A stretch of DNA of 64,000 nucleotides from an uncultured Dehalococcoidia bacterium (GTDB lineage Bacteria; Chloroflexota; Dehalococcoidia; Lucifugimonadales; CAJWUJ01). Of this stretch, positions 46,662 through 55,597 are shown one piece after another. Position 1 is the first letter of the stretch, and the number at the start of each line of letters is the position of its first letter. Location of the stretch: the NCBI GenBank assembly GCA_913047625.1, contig CAJWUJ010000005.1, forward strand, positions 6,239-70,238, read 5' to 3'. The notes beneath the pieces are model-generated. The model saw only the letters and a list, made by a program, of their open reading frames with translations, did no database searches and had not been told where the DNA came from. A program made the position numbers and the translations under genes.

Positions 46662-47762
46662 TCATAAAATCTTGTACGGTTTTAGTCCTTGGGTATCTAT
46701 CTCTATTCCCAAGCCTGGATCGCTGGATGGTATTGCGTAACCTTCTTCTAATACAAGATGTTGTTTGAAACATTTGCCCCACATAGGATCTGTTGTGCTG
46801 TTGTAATATTCTAGAATCATTCCATTTGGTATGGCGGTCGCAAGGTGGATATGGAGTTCTTGCAGACCATGAGGTGAGATGGGCAGATTGTATGCTTGAG
46901 CAAGAGCAGCAACTTTCATAAATTCGGTAATGCCGCCAAGAACTTGAGCGTCTGGATTTAATATGGCAACACATTGGCCTTCTATAAGATCTCGGAAACC
47001 GTAACGAGTGAATTCGTTTTCTCCTGCTGCGATTGGTATCGAAGTAGCGTCAGCAACTAATTTGTGCCCTCGATAGTCATCCGGAGCTACGGGTTCTTCG
47101 AACCAGAATATATCGAATTCCTCTAGTCTTTTTGCAATCCTAATCGCTTCGGAATAAGTATACGCATTATTCGCATCAACCATAAGATTAACGTCTGGTC
47201 CAATAGCGTCTCTGGCAATTCGTACTCTTTCTATGTCTTGTGCAATAGAAGCGCCTCCTATTTTCATCTTAACTGATGTGACACCCAGTTCGACATAAGA
47301 TGACATTTCAGAAGACAAATCAGACAGTGTTTTTCCTTCTTCATAATAGCCACCCGCCAAATAAACTGGTATTGATTCTTGATATCCTCCAAGTAGTTTA
47401 TGCAGTGGCTGATTAGTAGCTTTGCCTCGAATATCCCATAGTGCAATATCGATTAGGCTGATAATTTTGGTTGATAGACCTCTGCGGCCTACAACTTTTG
47501 GTGCCCATAACTGAGCCCAAATCTTCTCTACATCGAATGGATTTTCGCCGATTAGAATTGGTTTGAATTCGTCAACAAACGCCTTGATGATACCAAACGG
47601 AATGATCGTTACACCTCCGGTAATGCCCAATCCGTAGACCCCACTGTCGGTATCAATAGTTATGACCGCTATGCCACCCTTTGGATAGATATACTTTCCA
47701 TTCCTCAGAGGCTTCGGTCTGTTCCATTCATAACCAGTTATGTTTATATCTGTAATTTTCAT
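46662..47762 (-). CDS. enolase-superfamily enzyme (mandelate racemase/muconate lactonizing family)
   Basis: 366 aa. KMKIGG, MVDANNAY, FEEP and AAGENE match the metal-ligand and general-base pattern. Confidence 0.85.
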   Translation of the reverse strand: MKITDINITGYEWNRPKPLRNGKYIYPKGGIAVITIDTDSGVYGLGITGGVTIIPFGIIKAFVDEFKPILIGENPFDVEKIWAQLWAPKVVGRRGLSTKIISLIDIALWDIRGKATNQPLHKLLGGYQESIPVYLAGGYYEEGKTLSDLSSEMSSYVELGVTSVKMKIGGASIAQDIERVRIARDAIGPDVNLMVDANNAYTYSEAIRIAKRLEEFDIFWFEEPVAPDDYRGHKLVADATSIPIAAGENEFTRYGFRDLIEGQCVAILNPDAQVLGGITEFMKVAALAQAYNLPISPHGLQELHIHLATAIPNGMILEYYNSTTDPMWGKCFKQHLVLEEGYAIPSSDPGLGIEIDTQGLKPYKIL

Positions 47763-47880
47763 AATGTAAGTAGGTATCGGATTCTAACATCGAGCATTAT
47801 TTCAAACAATGTTGGTACGTTGACTGTTATATAGTATTGACCTACCATGCAACAACATTAGAGGGATTAGGAGAAGGCCG

Positions 47881-49119
47881 ATGAAACCCGATATAGTTAT
47901 CGATGGTGATGGACACGTAGTGGAAATTGATCAGACCTATGATTCGATAGATCCTGAATATTATGCGAAAAGGCCTATGCTTAGAGAGGCCTCTCGAGGA
48001 CATTTAGTGCGATTGCAGGAAGGTAGGGTTTGGGGTCAGAATGGTGAGGCAGGGTTTGCTGGAAACAATGTAGGATCCTTCCCTCCTGGTGGTTTGTCTT
48101 ATTTGTATCGGAGGGCTGGAACATATAATCCGTGGGCGCGCCTACCCGATATGGATGCTGACAGTATTGATGTAGGGGTTTTGTATTCATCCTACGAATT
48201 GCCGTTGACCGTCATGCCTGACTCAGGATATGCGGTTGCTCGTGCAGCAGCCTATAACAACTGGATTCATGAATACTGCTCTGCAGCTCCCCGACGATTA
48301 AAAGGAGTCGGCTTGGTAGCTTTACAAGATTTAGATGCAGCAATAGCTGAACTAGATCGTTGTGCTGATTTAGGTATGGTTGCAGTTCAGGTGGGTTGTA
48401 CAGTTGGAGAAGATACGCTGTTAAGTGATGAACGGCTTAATCCCTTTTGGCAAGAGGCTGAACGTTTGAATATGCCAGTCGCAGTACATGGTCCTGCGCT
48501 ACCAGGATTTTTCAGAAGTTATTTTGATGTGTTTCGTCAAGATCATATGCTTGAAGTGGCTCATATGGCTCATGCATTTGCCCAAATGCTAGCATGTTCC
48601 AATATTATTACCAGTGGTGTACTTGAACGATTTTCCAATCTGAAAGTGGCTTTTTTGGAAGCAGGGTCCGGCTGGGTACCATACTGGATGCACCGTATGG
48701 ATGAATATCAGGAAGTTGCACCAAATCGATGGGCTGGAATCACAGCTACTCCAAGTGAGTATATCAAGAGTGGTCGAGTCTTCTTTAGTTGCGAGCCCGG
48801 GGATACAGATCTGCCATACTTCTTGGAAAATATAGGGGATCAATCCATGTTGTTTGCCTCTGATTATTTGCACTTCGATGCTTTGTTTCCTGGAGAAATA
48901 GGTCATGACGGTAATCCTTATCCAGGAACTGTGAAAACATTACTCGCACGGGAAGATATCCCTGAGAAGTCCAAAGAAAAAATGCTCTATGAAAACTCCG
49001 TGGCATTTTATAGATTCGGCTCGGATGATTTAGGTCAAGTTGGAGATGAAATTTCACGAAAAGAACCTAAACAAATGAGAGAATTATCAGTTCCGGGAAC
49101 TGTGGGAGCGAGAGTTTAG
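47881..49119 (+). CDS. amidohydrolase-2 (ACMSD-like metal-dependent hydrolase/decarboxylase) family protein
   Basis: 412 aa. N-terminal IDGDGHV, the internal HG...H pattern and C-terminal SDYLHFD are typical of PF04909-type TIM-barrel hydrolases. Confidence 0.65.
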   Translation: MKPDIVIDGDGHVVEIDQTYDSIDPEYYAKRPMLREASRGHLVRLQEGRVWGQNGEAGFAGNNVGSFPPGGLSYLYRRAGTYNPWARLPDMDADSIDVGVLYSSYELPLTVMPDSGYAVARAAAYNNWIHEYCSAAPRRLKGVGLVALQDLDAAIAELDRCADLGMVAVQVGCTVGEDTLLSDERLNPFWQEAERLNMPVAVHGPALPGFFRSYFDVFRQDHMLEVAHMAHAFAQMLACSNIITSGVLERFSNLKVAFLEAGSGWVPYWMHRMDEYQEVAPNRWAGITATPSEYIKSGRVFFSCEPGDTDLPYFLENIGDQSMLFASDYLHFDALFPGEIGHDGNPYPGTVKTLLAREDIPEKSKEKMLYENSVAFYRFGSDDLGQVGDEISRKEPKQMRELSVPGTVGARV

Positions 49120-49159
49120 GTTTATAAATATTACAGAATCCACACAGGAGAAAAGAGAT

Positions 49160-50371
49160 ATGGCGGAAATAGATAAAGAGACTATATGGGATCGATACGG
49201 GATTGAACCCGTGATTAATGGACAGGGTCATACCACTGTTTTAGGTGGATCATCATTATCACCCGAGGTGATAAATGCAAGACTTGCGGCGACTCATTTG
49301 TTTGTAGATATGAAACAATTGTTAGCAAAGACAGGGGAAATGATAGCTCCTATGCTGGGTGCAGAATCTGCCTTGGTTACTGCTGGTAGTGCTACCGCAA
49401 TTACTCTAGGTGCAGCTGCGTGTCTCACTGGTTTGGATAAAGGGAAGACTAGTCAACTACCAAATACTGATGGTATCAATAACGAGGTCGTAATGTTCAA
49501 AAGGATGTTGAATCCCGAACTTGGCCATAGATATTGGCGATGTTTTGAGACGGTAGGTTGTAAATTGGTATTAGTTGGTGATGATAATAGCGGAACCATT
49601 AAACAGATGGAGGATGCCATTACTGCAAAGACCGCTATCATTCATTACTTACCACGTGCTTGGCGACAAGGGAACTTACCTACTCCTGAAGAGGTGATAG
49701 AACTTGCCAATCGTTATAAAATTCCTGTTTTCATAGATGCCGCAGGAGAAACATTTCCGTTATCAGAGATGACCCGATACTGTAAAGCTGGGGCTGATTT
49801 AGTGACCTATGGTGGAAAGTATTTTAGTGCCCCTCATACCACTGGCATTCTCTGCGGAAGAAAGGATCTTGTTGAAGCTGCTGCCAACCACAGTTTTATC
49901 GGATTCCAGTATGGTAGTTTTGGCATTGGACGGGCATCAAAGTTAGCTAGAGAAGATATAGTTGCAGCAGTCGAGGCATTAGATCAGTGGTTTAAAATGG
50001 ATCATGAAGAACGCATGATGCAAGAAGATTCCAAAGTTCGAAAAATCGAATCAATGGTTGCAGATATTCCAGGGGTCAACGTTGTTAAATGTGCTTTTGG
50101 AATGGCAGGAATAGGACAGCGGCTTACAGAAAATCCTGGACCTGCAGGAAGTATGATCGTAGAAATAGATGAATCGGTTGTAGGAAAGTCAGTTGAATCA
50201 ATAGTCAAGGAACTTGAAGACGGTACTCCGAGTATTTGGGCTATTTATGCTAAGAAAGGATTACCTTCTGTCTCAAGTTTTGAGGGGATTGGTTTTACAA
50301 TGGTGTGTGTTCTGGATGGGCAAGAGGATATTATCGGAAAGAGGCTCCGATCAGTACTGGGATTCGGGTGA
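49160..50371 (+). CDS. SelA-fold PLP-dependent enzyme (DgaE-like ammonia-lyase/aminotransferase family)
   Basis: 403 aa. The pattern VINGQGHTTVLGGS...ALVTAGSATAITL...YGGKYFSAPHTTG resembles the SelA/DgaE family around the PLP lysine. Confidence 0.6.
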   Translation: MAEIDKETIWDRYGIEPVINGQGHTTVLGGSSLSPEVINARLAATHLFVDMKQLLAKTGEMIAPMLGAESALVTAGSATAITLGAAACLTGLDKGKTSQLPNTDGINNEVVMFKRMLNPELGHRYWRCFETVGCKLVLVGDDNSGTIKQMEDAITAKTAIIHYLPRAWRQGNLPTPEEVIELANRYKIPVFIDAAGETFPLSEMTRYCKAGADLVTYGGKYFSAPHTTGILCGRKDLVEAAANHSFIGFQYGSFGIGRASKLAREDIVAAVEALDQWFKMDHEERMMQEDSKVRKIESMVADIPGVNVVKCAFGMAGIGQRLTENPGPAGSMIVEIDESVVGKSVESIVKELEDGTPSIWAIYAKKGLPSVSSFEGIGFTMVCVLDGQEDIIGKRLRSVLGFG

Positions 50372-50388
50372 AATCAAAATCTATCTCG

Positions 50389-51252
50389 TTAATGTGATAA
50401 ATAATCCTGCTGTTGTTGTCGATATTCTCCAGAATGCAAGATGGCATTTTCTAGTTCGGTCGCTATAGACTGCTCTTTTAAGGCGGAAGGATTTCCTCCA
50501 TCCTTTAGGTGTTTTAGAGAATCGTAGAGAGTTTTCATTGTCGTAAAAAATGGTTGATGGCCGGTTAGTACTACTTTGACATTGTTTTTCAAGAGAAATG
50601 AATTCTCTTTCAGTTTGTCACTGGCGCTGCCAAGAACAAGAGGAAGATGTGTGTTCTTCCGAATGCTTTCGATGTCGCCGTATTCCTTTGCTCCGACGAC
50701 CATAATGGCATCAACATTTAGGTTTGAGTAGGCACTCACCCTTTTGCTGGTATCATCTAGACTGGTGCTTGAGAGGCCGTTAGTCCGGGCAATGATTACT
50801 GTATTAGGATCTCTCTTTGCATCAATAGCAGCTCTTAATTTCCCTATCATTTCATCGCATGAGATCAAGGAAGTATCTGAACTTCCGTATTGTGGTGGAA
50901 GGGCTGCATCTTCTATTGTAATGGCAGCTGCGCCTGCTCGCTCAAGCTCTTGGATAGTCCTGCTGGCATTTAGCGCGTTACCGTACCCGTTATCGGCATC
51001 TACCATCAGGCTGATGTCGCTCACTCTGCAGATTCTCTCCACCTGATCGCTAAGTTCTGAAAGTGTAAGTACCATAATATCTGGAGCGGCTAATATAGCA
51101 GCGGATGCTACTGACCCGCCTAATATACCCAGATCAATTTTCAAATGGTCTGCTATGCGTGCAGAAATTGGATCAAAAACTGAAACTGGATATCCAATGT
51201 TTGGACCATTTAAATAGTTTCTGAACTGCTTCCGTTGTTTTGAAAAAGTCAT
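50389..51252 (-). CDS. isocitrate lyase/PEP mutase superfamily protein, divergent active-site loop
   Basis: VDADNGYGNA and IEDA motifs. I moved the start to ATG 51252 (GGAG upstream). The tracked ORF start at 51414 overlaps the upstream HyuB gene. Confidence 0.7.
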   Translation of the reverse strand: MTFSKQRKQFRNYLNGPNIGYPVSVFDPISARIADHLKIDLGILGGSVASAAILAAPDIMVLTLSELSDQVERICRVSDISLMVDADNGYGNALNASRTIQELERAGAAAITIEDAALPPQYGSSDTSLISCDEMIGKLRAAIDAKRDPNTVIIARTNGLSSTSLDDTSKRVSAYSNLNVDAIMVVGAKEYGDIESIRKNTHLPLVLGSASDKLKENSFLLKNNVKVVLTGHQPFFTTMKTLYDSLKHLKDGGNPSALKEQSIATELENAILHSGEYRQQQQDYLSH

Positions 51253-51286
51253 CCTTCTTCTCCTTTGATTCACTCTGTCTTTTTTA

Positions 51287-53017
51287 TTAGGCTTGGGATC
51301 GAAGTTTTGTTGTAGATTGCCAGTCGATAGAGGCGTCCTCACTTTTAAATACAACCCCATAAACACTCTTTGCACGAGAAAAGCTAATTTTCTCGTGCAA
51401 AATATCTTCAGCAACCTGATCAGGGTTTCTCTCTAATGGATTACCCCATCCTCCTCCTCCAGGCCAATGAACTTCAAGAGTATCTCCTGCACTAAATGTT
51501 TCCAAAAATTTTGTTGGTTTAACATGGTAGTAACCATTTTTTACTGTGGTAATTGAAGTTGGTTTGGATGAACCTCCTCCCCAAAGCCCATAAGGAGCTA
51601 CTTTGCTTCTATCAGATCGGACTTGGATCGTTGTTTCATCCACAGCACATTGATATTTGCGTTTCATTCCCATACCACCTCGATACTTCCCTGGCCCTTC
51701 AGAGTCTGGGATGAATTCGTATTCCAAGATTTTAACAGGGTGATCTATTTCAAGAATCTCTACAGGTGTGTTTGCTCCGTTTAACATTCCTGCAGAAACT
51801 GCATCGGGACCGTCACGATAAGAGAACGCTCCCATACCAGGCTCCACTGCGAAGTCGAGTAAGACCCACGGCTTCCATGGAACATGCTTTTTATTGTAGC
51901 CTGAAATTGCGACGCCAAGTTCTGCTCCTGCACATGCCGCATAGACTTTGTGAGGCAACATCTGGGCAAAAGCTCCAAATAAAGTATTTGCGATGCGAAC
52001 GAGCCCTAGAGTTCTTGCTGCAACAGGAGCAGGAAGCACTGGATTTACAAATGTTCCCTCTGGGGCATTGATGTTGACTGGTTTAAAATAGCCTGAAGTA
52101 TTTGGAATTTGAGGGCCTAGAAGGCACTTAACTACTGCATATACCACAGCATGGGTAGTTGCAAGTACAGGTTGGATTGCGCCGTTACATTGCGGAGAAG
52201 TCCCCGAAAAATCCACTGTTAATTCGTCTTTTTCTTTCGTGACTGTAGCAGTAATTCTAATGCTATCAGTGCTAAACCCATCATCGTCTATATAATCGCT
52301 AAATGACCATGTCCCGTTCGGCATTTGGCTGATTGCTTGTCGGGTTAGGTTTTCTGTGTATTCAATCAGTTGTTGAACCTGTTGTTCTAATGGCTCTATT
52401 CCGTATTGATTGATCAGCTCTAAATACTGTGTTTCACCGTACTCAAGACCTGCTATTTGCGCTTGTAGGTCTCCCATCACCATCTCTGGGACTCTTACTG
52501 CTTTTTCAAGCAACCGGTACACCGTTTCATTAGGGGTACCATCGACATATAGTTTTACGGGTGGAATCCTAATTCCCTCTTGGTAGATTTCTGAACTATC
52601 ACAGGCGTTTCCACCTGCTACTCTTCCCCCTATATCTGTATGGTGTGTCATAGCGCATAGGTATGCAGCTATGCGATTTTGGATGAATACTGGCTTGAAT
52701 AGGAAAATATCCGGAAGATGAGAGCCCCCTTCGTACGGATCGTTTAATATGAAGATGTCCCCTGGCCGAATGTTTTCTTGATAATAGTCTGTGCAAGCCT
52801 TCAGCGCAGGCATCATTCCTCCCAGATGAATCGGTAAACAAAACCCTTGTCCAATAAGCTCTCCAGTTGAACTCAGAACGCCTGTGGAATAATCTAAAGC
52901 TTGTCGAACAACTGTTGACCGAGAGGTTCTCACGACAGTGAGAGCCATACCATCTCCAATACTTTCGAGGGCATTTTTCAGTATTTCAAGTTTTATTGGA
53001 TCGGGTGATCTAACCAT
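51287..53017 (-). CDS. hydantoinase B/oxoprolinase family protein (HyuB-2), no adjacent HyuA
   Basis: NDPYEGGSHLPDIF, GPGKYRGGMG and GGGGWGNP. I chose the start at 53017 by N-terminal alignment to HyuB-4. It gives an 8-nt overlap with the aldolase gene. Confidence 0.85.
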   Translation of the reverse strand: MVRSPDPIKLEILKNALESIGDGMALTVVRTSRSTVVRQALDYSTGVLSSTGELIGQGFCLPIHLGGMMPALKACTDYYQENIRPGDIFILNDPYEGGSHLPDIFLFKPVFIQNRIAAYLCAMTHHTDIGGRVAGGNACDSSEIYQEGIRIPPVKLYVDGTPNETVYRLLEKAVRVPEMVMGDLQAQIAGLEYGETQYLELINQYGIEPLEQQVQQLIEYTENLTRQAISQMPNGTWSFSDYIDDDGFSTDSIRITATVTKEKDELTVDFSGTSPQCNGAIQPVLATTHAVVYAVVKCLLGPQIPNTSGYFKPVNINAPEGTFVNPVLPAPVAARTLGLVRIANTLFGAFAQMLPHKVYAACAGAELGVAISGYNKKHVPWKPWVLLDFAVEPGMGAFSYRDGPDAVSAGMLNGANTPVEILEIDHPVKILEYEFIPDSEGPGKYRGGMGMKRKYQCAVDETTIQVRSDRSKVAPYGLWGGGSSKPTSITTVKNGYYHVKPTKFLETFSAGDTLEVHWPGGGGWGNPLERNPDQVAEDILHEKISFSRAKSVYGVVFKSEDASIDWQSTTKLRSQA

Positions 53018-53786
53018 TGTTAGAAGGGTCCTTCGTTTTAAACGGTTCAAGGTATTTCAAAAAAGCTTGTTTCAATTGATCATGGGCGATTGTAACAGCA
53101 AAGTTGATATTGTCTTTGTCGAGTTGATCAATATTTCCATATCGAGTTGCTGCGCCTACGATTTTTCCTTGATTAGAAATCTTAGTTGCCATTTCACTTA
53201 CTATTTTGTCCATGGTTTCTTGGCCTGGCCAACCTAATTCTGCTGAAAGATTTCCTGCACCGATCCATACAATGTCAATGCCTGGGACTGCTGCTATTTG
53301 ATCTATGCAGTCGATACTTTCTTTGTTTTCACACAAGGCAATACAGAGTGTCTCTTGATTGGCAAATTGGCTATATTCCTTTGGAGTTCGGTGTAATCCG
53401 AAATCATTGGTCTGGATCCACCCGCATTGATCTCTGTTTCCATCAGGTACGAATTTACATGCTTCTACAAATCTCTGTGCATCCTCAGCAGAACGAACAC
53501 TAGGCATTACAATGCCCATGGCGCCCCTATCTAGAAGCCTCCTGCATCCGTAATAATCAGCTTCATGCCGTACAGCTGCTAGAGGAATTAAGTCACGAGC
53601 AAAAGCGGCTCGTATCATATGTTCTGCTTGGTCGTCACTCACAGGGCTGTACTCACAATTTATAATCATAAAATCAAAGCCTACCTCAGCAATTAATTCC
53701 GCGACGAATGGCGAAGAAAATGTGAGATCACACCCAATTACCCTGTTCCCATTGAGTAACTTCTCCTTTAGCTTATTCTTATGCAT
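53010..53786 (-). CDS. HpcH/HpaI-family aldolase (copy 2)
   Basis: 258 aa. Same family pattern as copy 1 (FMIINCEYSP, MPSVRSAEDA, CENKESIDCIDQIA). Confidence 0.78.
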   Translation of the reverse strand: MHKNKLKEKLLNGNRVIGCDLTFSSPFVAELIAEVGFDFMIINCEYSPVSDDQAEHMIRAAFARDLIPLAAVRHEADYYGCRRLLDRGAMGIVMPSVRSAEDAQRFVEACKFVPDGNRDQCGWIQTNDFGLHRTPKEYSQFANQETLCIALCENKESIDCIDQIAAVPGIDIVWIGAGNLSAELGWPGQETMDKIVSEMATKISNQGKIVGAATRYGNIDQLDKDNINFAVTIAHDQLKQAFLKYLEPFKTKDPSNNG

Positions 53787-53805
53787 TTGATCCCCAATCT
53801 ATAGT

Positions 53806-55479
53806 TTAGGTTTGTATTTTGTAGTCTTCAGTTGCTGAAGTTTCAGAAATTATTTCGTCTTTTAAATCTTGTACAACTGCAGTAGGGCTTCGGTCAGAAG
53901 GATTTCCAAAGCCTCCTCCGCCAGCAGTAATAAAATGTAAGAATTCTCCGTTCTTAACTTGTAGGAGTCCTTTGGAAGGAAGAGCCTGATCACTGTCGAT
54001 CCAGCCAAGTTGGTATCCAGTGCCTGATAAGCCTCCAGAGAACCCCTGAGCCTTGTAGTTAACTCTTTCAGACAGCATAGCCAACTCTATTTGGTGGTTA
54101 CCTGTCATTTCCAGAATAAGCTCTTGGCCGTACCCACCTCGATATTTACCTGGTCCACCCGAATCAGTGCGTATTTCCCGTTTCCATGCTATTAAAGGGG
54201 CATTAGATTCCATCATTTCTATCGGAGTACTCCCACTATTTGCAGGAAAGCCTGAGCAGGAAATACCGTCACCATGGGCGCTGGCTCCCATGCCTCCATG
54301 AATGCACAGAACAAAAACGAAGGGTTCTTCGTTGAGTCCTTTGCCGTAGAATGTGCACATGAGATCTGGGTTGCTTCCGCTGTCAGCTATTACTTTGGTA
54401 GGGATAATCGATTGGAGAGCAATTAATACTGATGAGCAAACGCATCTACCAACCAATTGACGGGCATTCACCGGCGCGGGGTAGGTAGCATTAAGGATAG
54501 ATCCTTCTGGGATTTTGATAGAAAAAGGTTTGTAGGATCCTTCGTTTTTATATGTTTGCGGGTCAAGAATACTTTTCAGGGTGTATGCAGTCCAAGCAGC
54601 TGTATAGGCAGGGACGCAGTTTATTCCTCCGGTATTGGTTTGAGGGGATGATCCGCCGTAATCCACGATAATGTGGTCGTCCATGACTTCTACAGTACAT
54701 TTAATATGTAGCGGAACGTTTTCAAAACCGTCCAAGTCGAGATAGGATTCGTATTTGCCGTTAGGAATCTTTTTTATAGCTAGACGCATTGATGCTTCTG
54801 CACGTGATTGCAGTTCTTTGCTTATTTCTTGTAAATCAGGTAAGTGATATTCATCCAGAAGTTCGATCAGGAGATCTGCACATTTTTCCAACGAAGCTAT
54901 TTGCGCAAAGAAATCGCCTGATACCTGTTTCGGTAGCCTGACATTTCCTTCGATGAAATCCATAAGTGATTTATTCAGAATGCCTTGGTTGAAAATCTTT
55001 GTGGGGGGAATCATTATGCCTTCTTCAAAAACAGAATTACAACTTGCTGACCAAATAGTCCCACTTATGTCTGCCCAGTGTGCTACATTTGCGGCAAAAC
55101 CGACAATCCTATTTTTTGAAAATACAGGCTTGATAATCACTACGTCAGGCTTGTGCCCTGTTCCTATCCATGGGTCATTGGTGATTACGACATCCCCTGG
55201 GAACCAAGAATCTAGTGGCATCAAGTCCAAGATTATCCTCATTGTTCTAGGAAGACATCCTGCGAATGATCCTGCAGTACCCTGATTTTCAGCTAGCGAA
55301 TCACCTTGTTTATCGAGTAGGACACAGGTATAGTCATTGCACTCTCTGATTAGTGTAGAAAATGCTGTCCTGGTCAGAGTGGCGGCTGACTGGTCGCAGA
55401 TAGCGATCAATCTGCTCCAGATAATTTCCAGTAACACAGGGTCTAAATCAGGATTGGTTTGATCTGTTTTTTGTTGCAT
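53806..55479 (-). CDS. hydantoinase B/oxoprolinase family protein (HyuB-3), no adjacent HyuA
   Basis: 557 aa with NDPWIGTGHKPDV, GGPGKYRGGYG and AGGGGFGNP. Confidence 0.85.
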   Translation of the reverse strand: MQQKTDQTNPDLDPVLLEIIWSRLIAICDQSAATLTRTAFSTLIRECNDYTCVLLDKQGDSLAENQGTAGSFAGCLPRTMRIILDLMPLDSWFPGDVVITNDPWIGTGHKPDVVIIKPVFSKNRIVGFAANVAHWADISGTIWSASCNSVFEEGIMIPPTKIFNQGILNKSLMDFIEGNVRLPKQVSGDFFAQIASLEKCADLLIELLDEYHLPDLQEISKELQSRAEASMRLAIKKIPNGKYESYLDLDGFENVPLHIKCTVEVMDDHIIVDYGGSSPQTNTGGINCVPAYTAAWTAYTLKSILDPQTYKNEGSYKPFSIKIPEGSILNATYPAPVNARQLVGRCVCSSVLIALQSIIPTKVIADSGSNPDLMCTFYGKGLNEEPFVFVLCIHGGMGASAHGDGISCSGFPANSGSTPIEMMESNAPLIAWKREIRTDSGGPGKYRGGYGQELILEMTGNHQIELAMLSERVNYKAQGFSGGLSGTGYQLGWIDSDQALPSKGLLQVKNGEFLHFITAGGGGFGNPSDRSPTAVVQDLKDEIISETSATEDYKIQT

Positions 55480-55597
55480 TGTTTTATATTAGTCGGATCG
55501 CAGAGTCGAGCAGAGAAAATCGTTTTATTTTCCTATGCCAGTTACAGATCGGTAATGTATCACTATTGACTGAAAGAAGCTAACAAAGGCCGTTGGA

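Noticed and set aside
51253-51414. N-terminal 54 codons of the tracked 341-aa ORF upstream of the ICL-like protein
   Set aside because: It overlaps the 3' end of HyuB-2. Family homology begins at MTFSKQRKQF (ATG 51252), which has its own GGAG.
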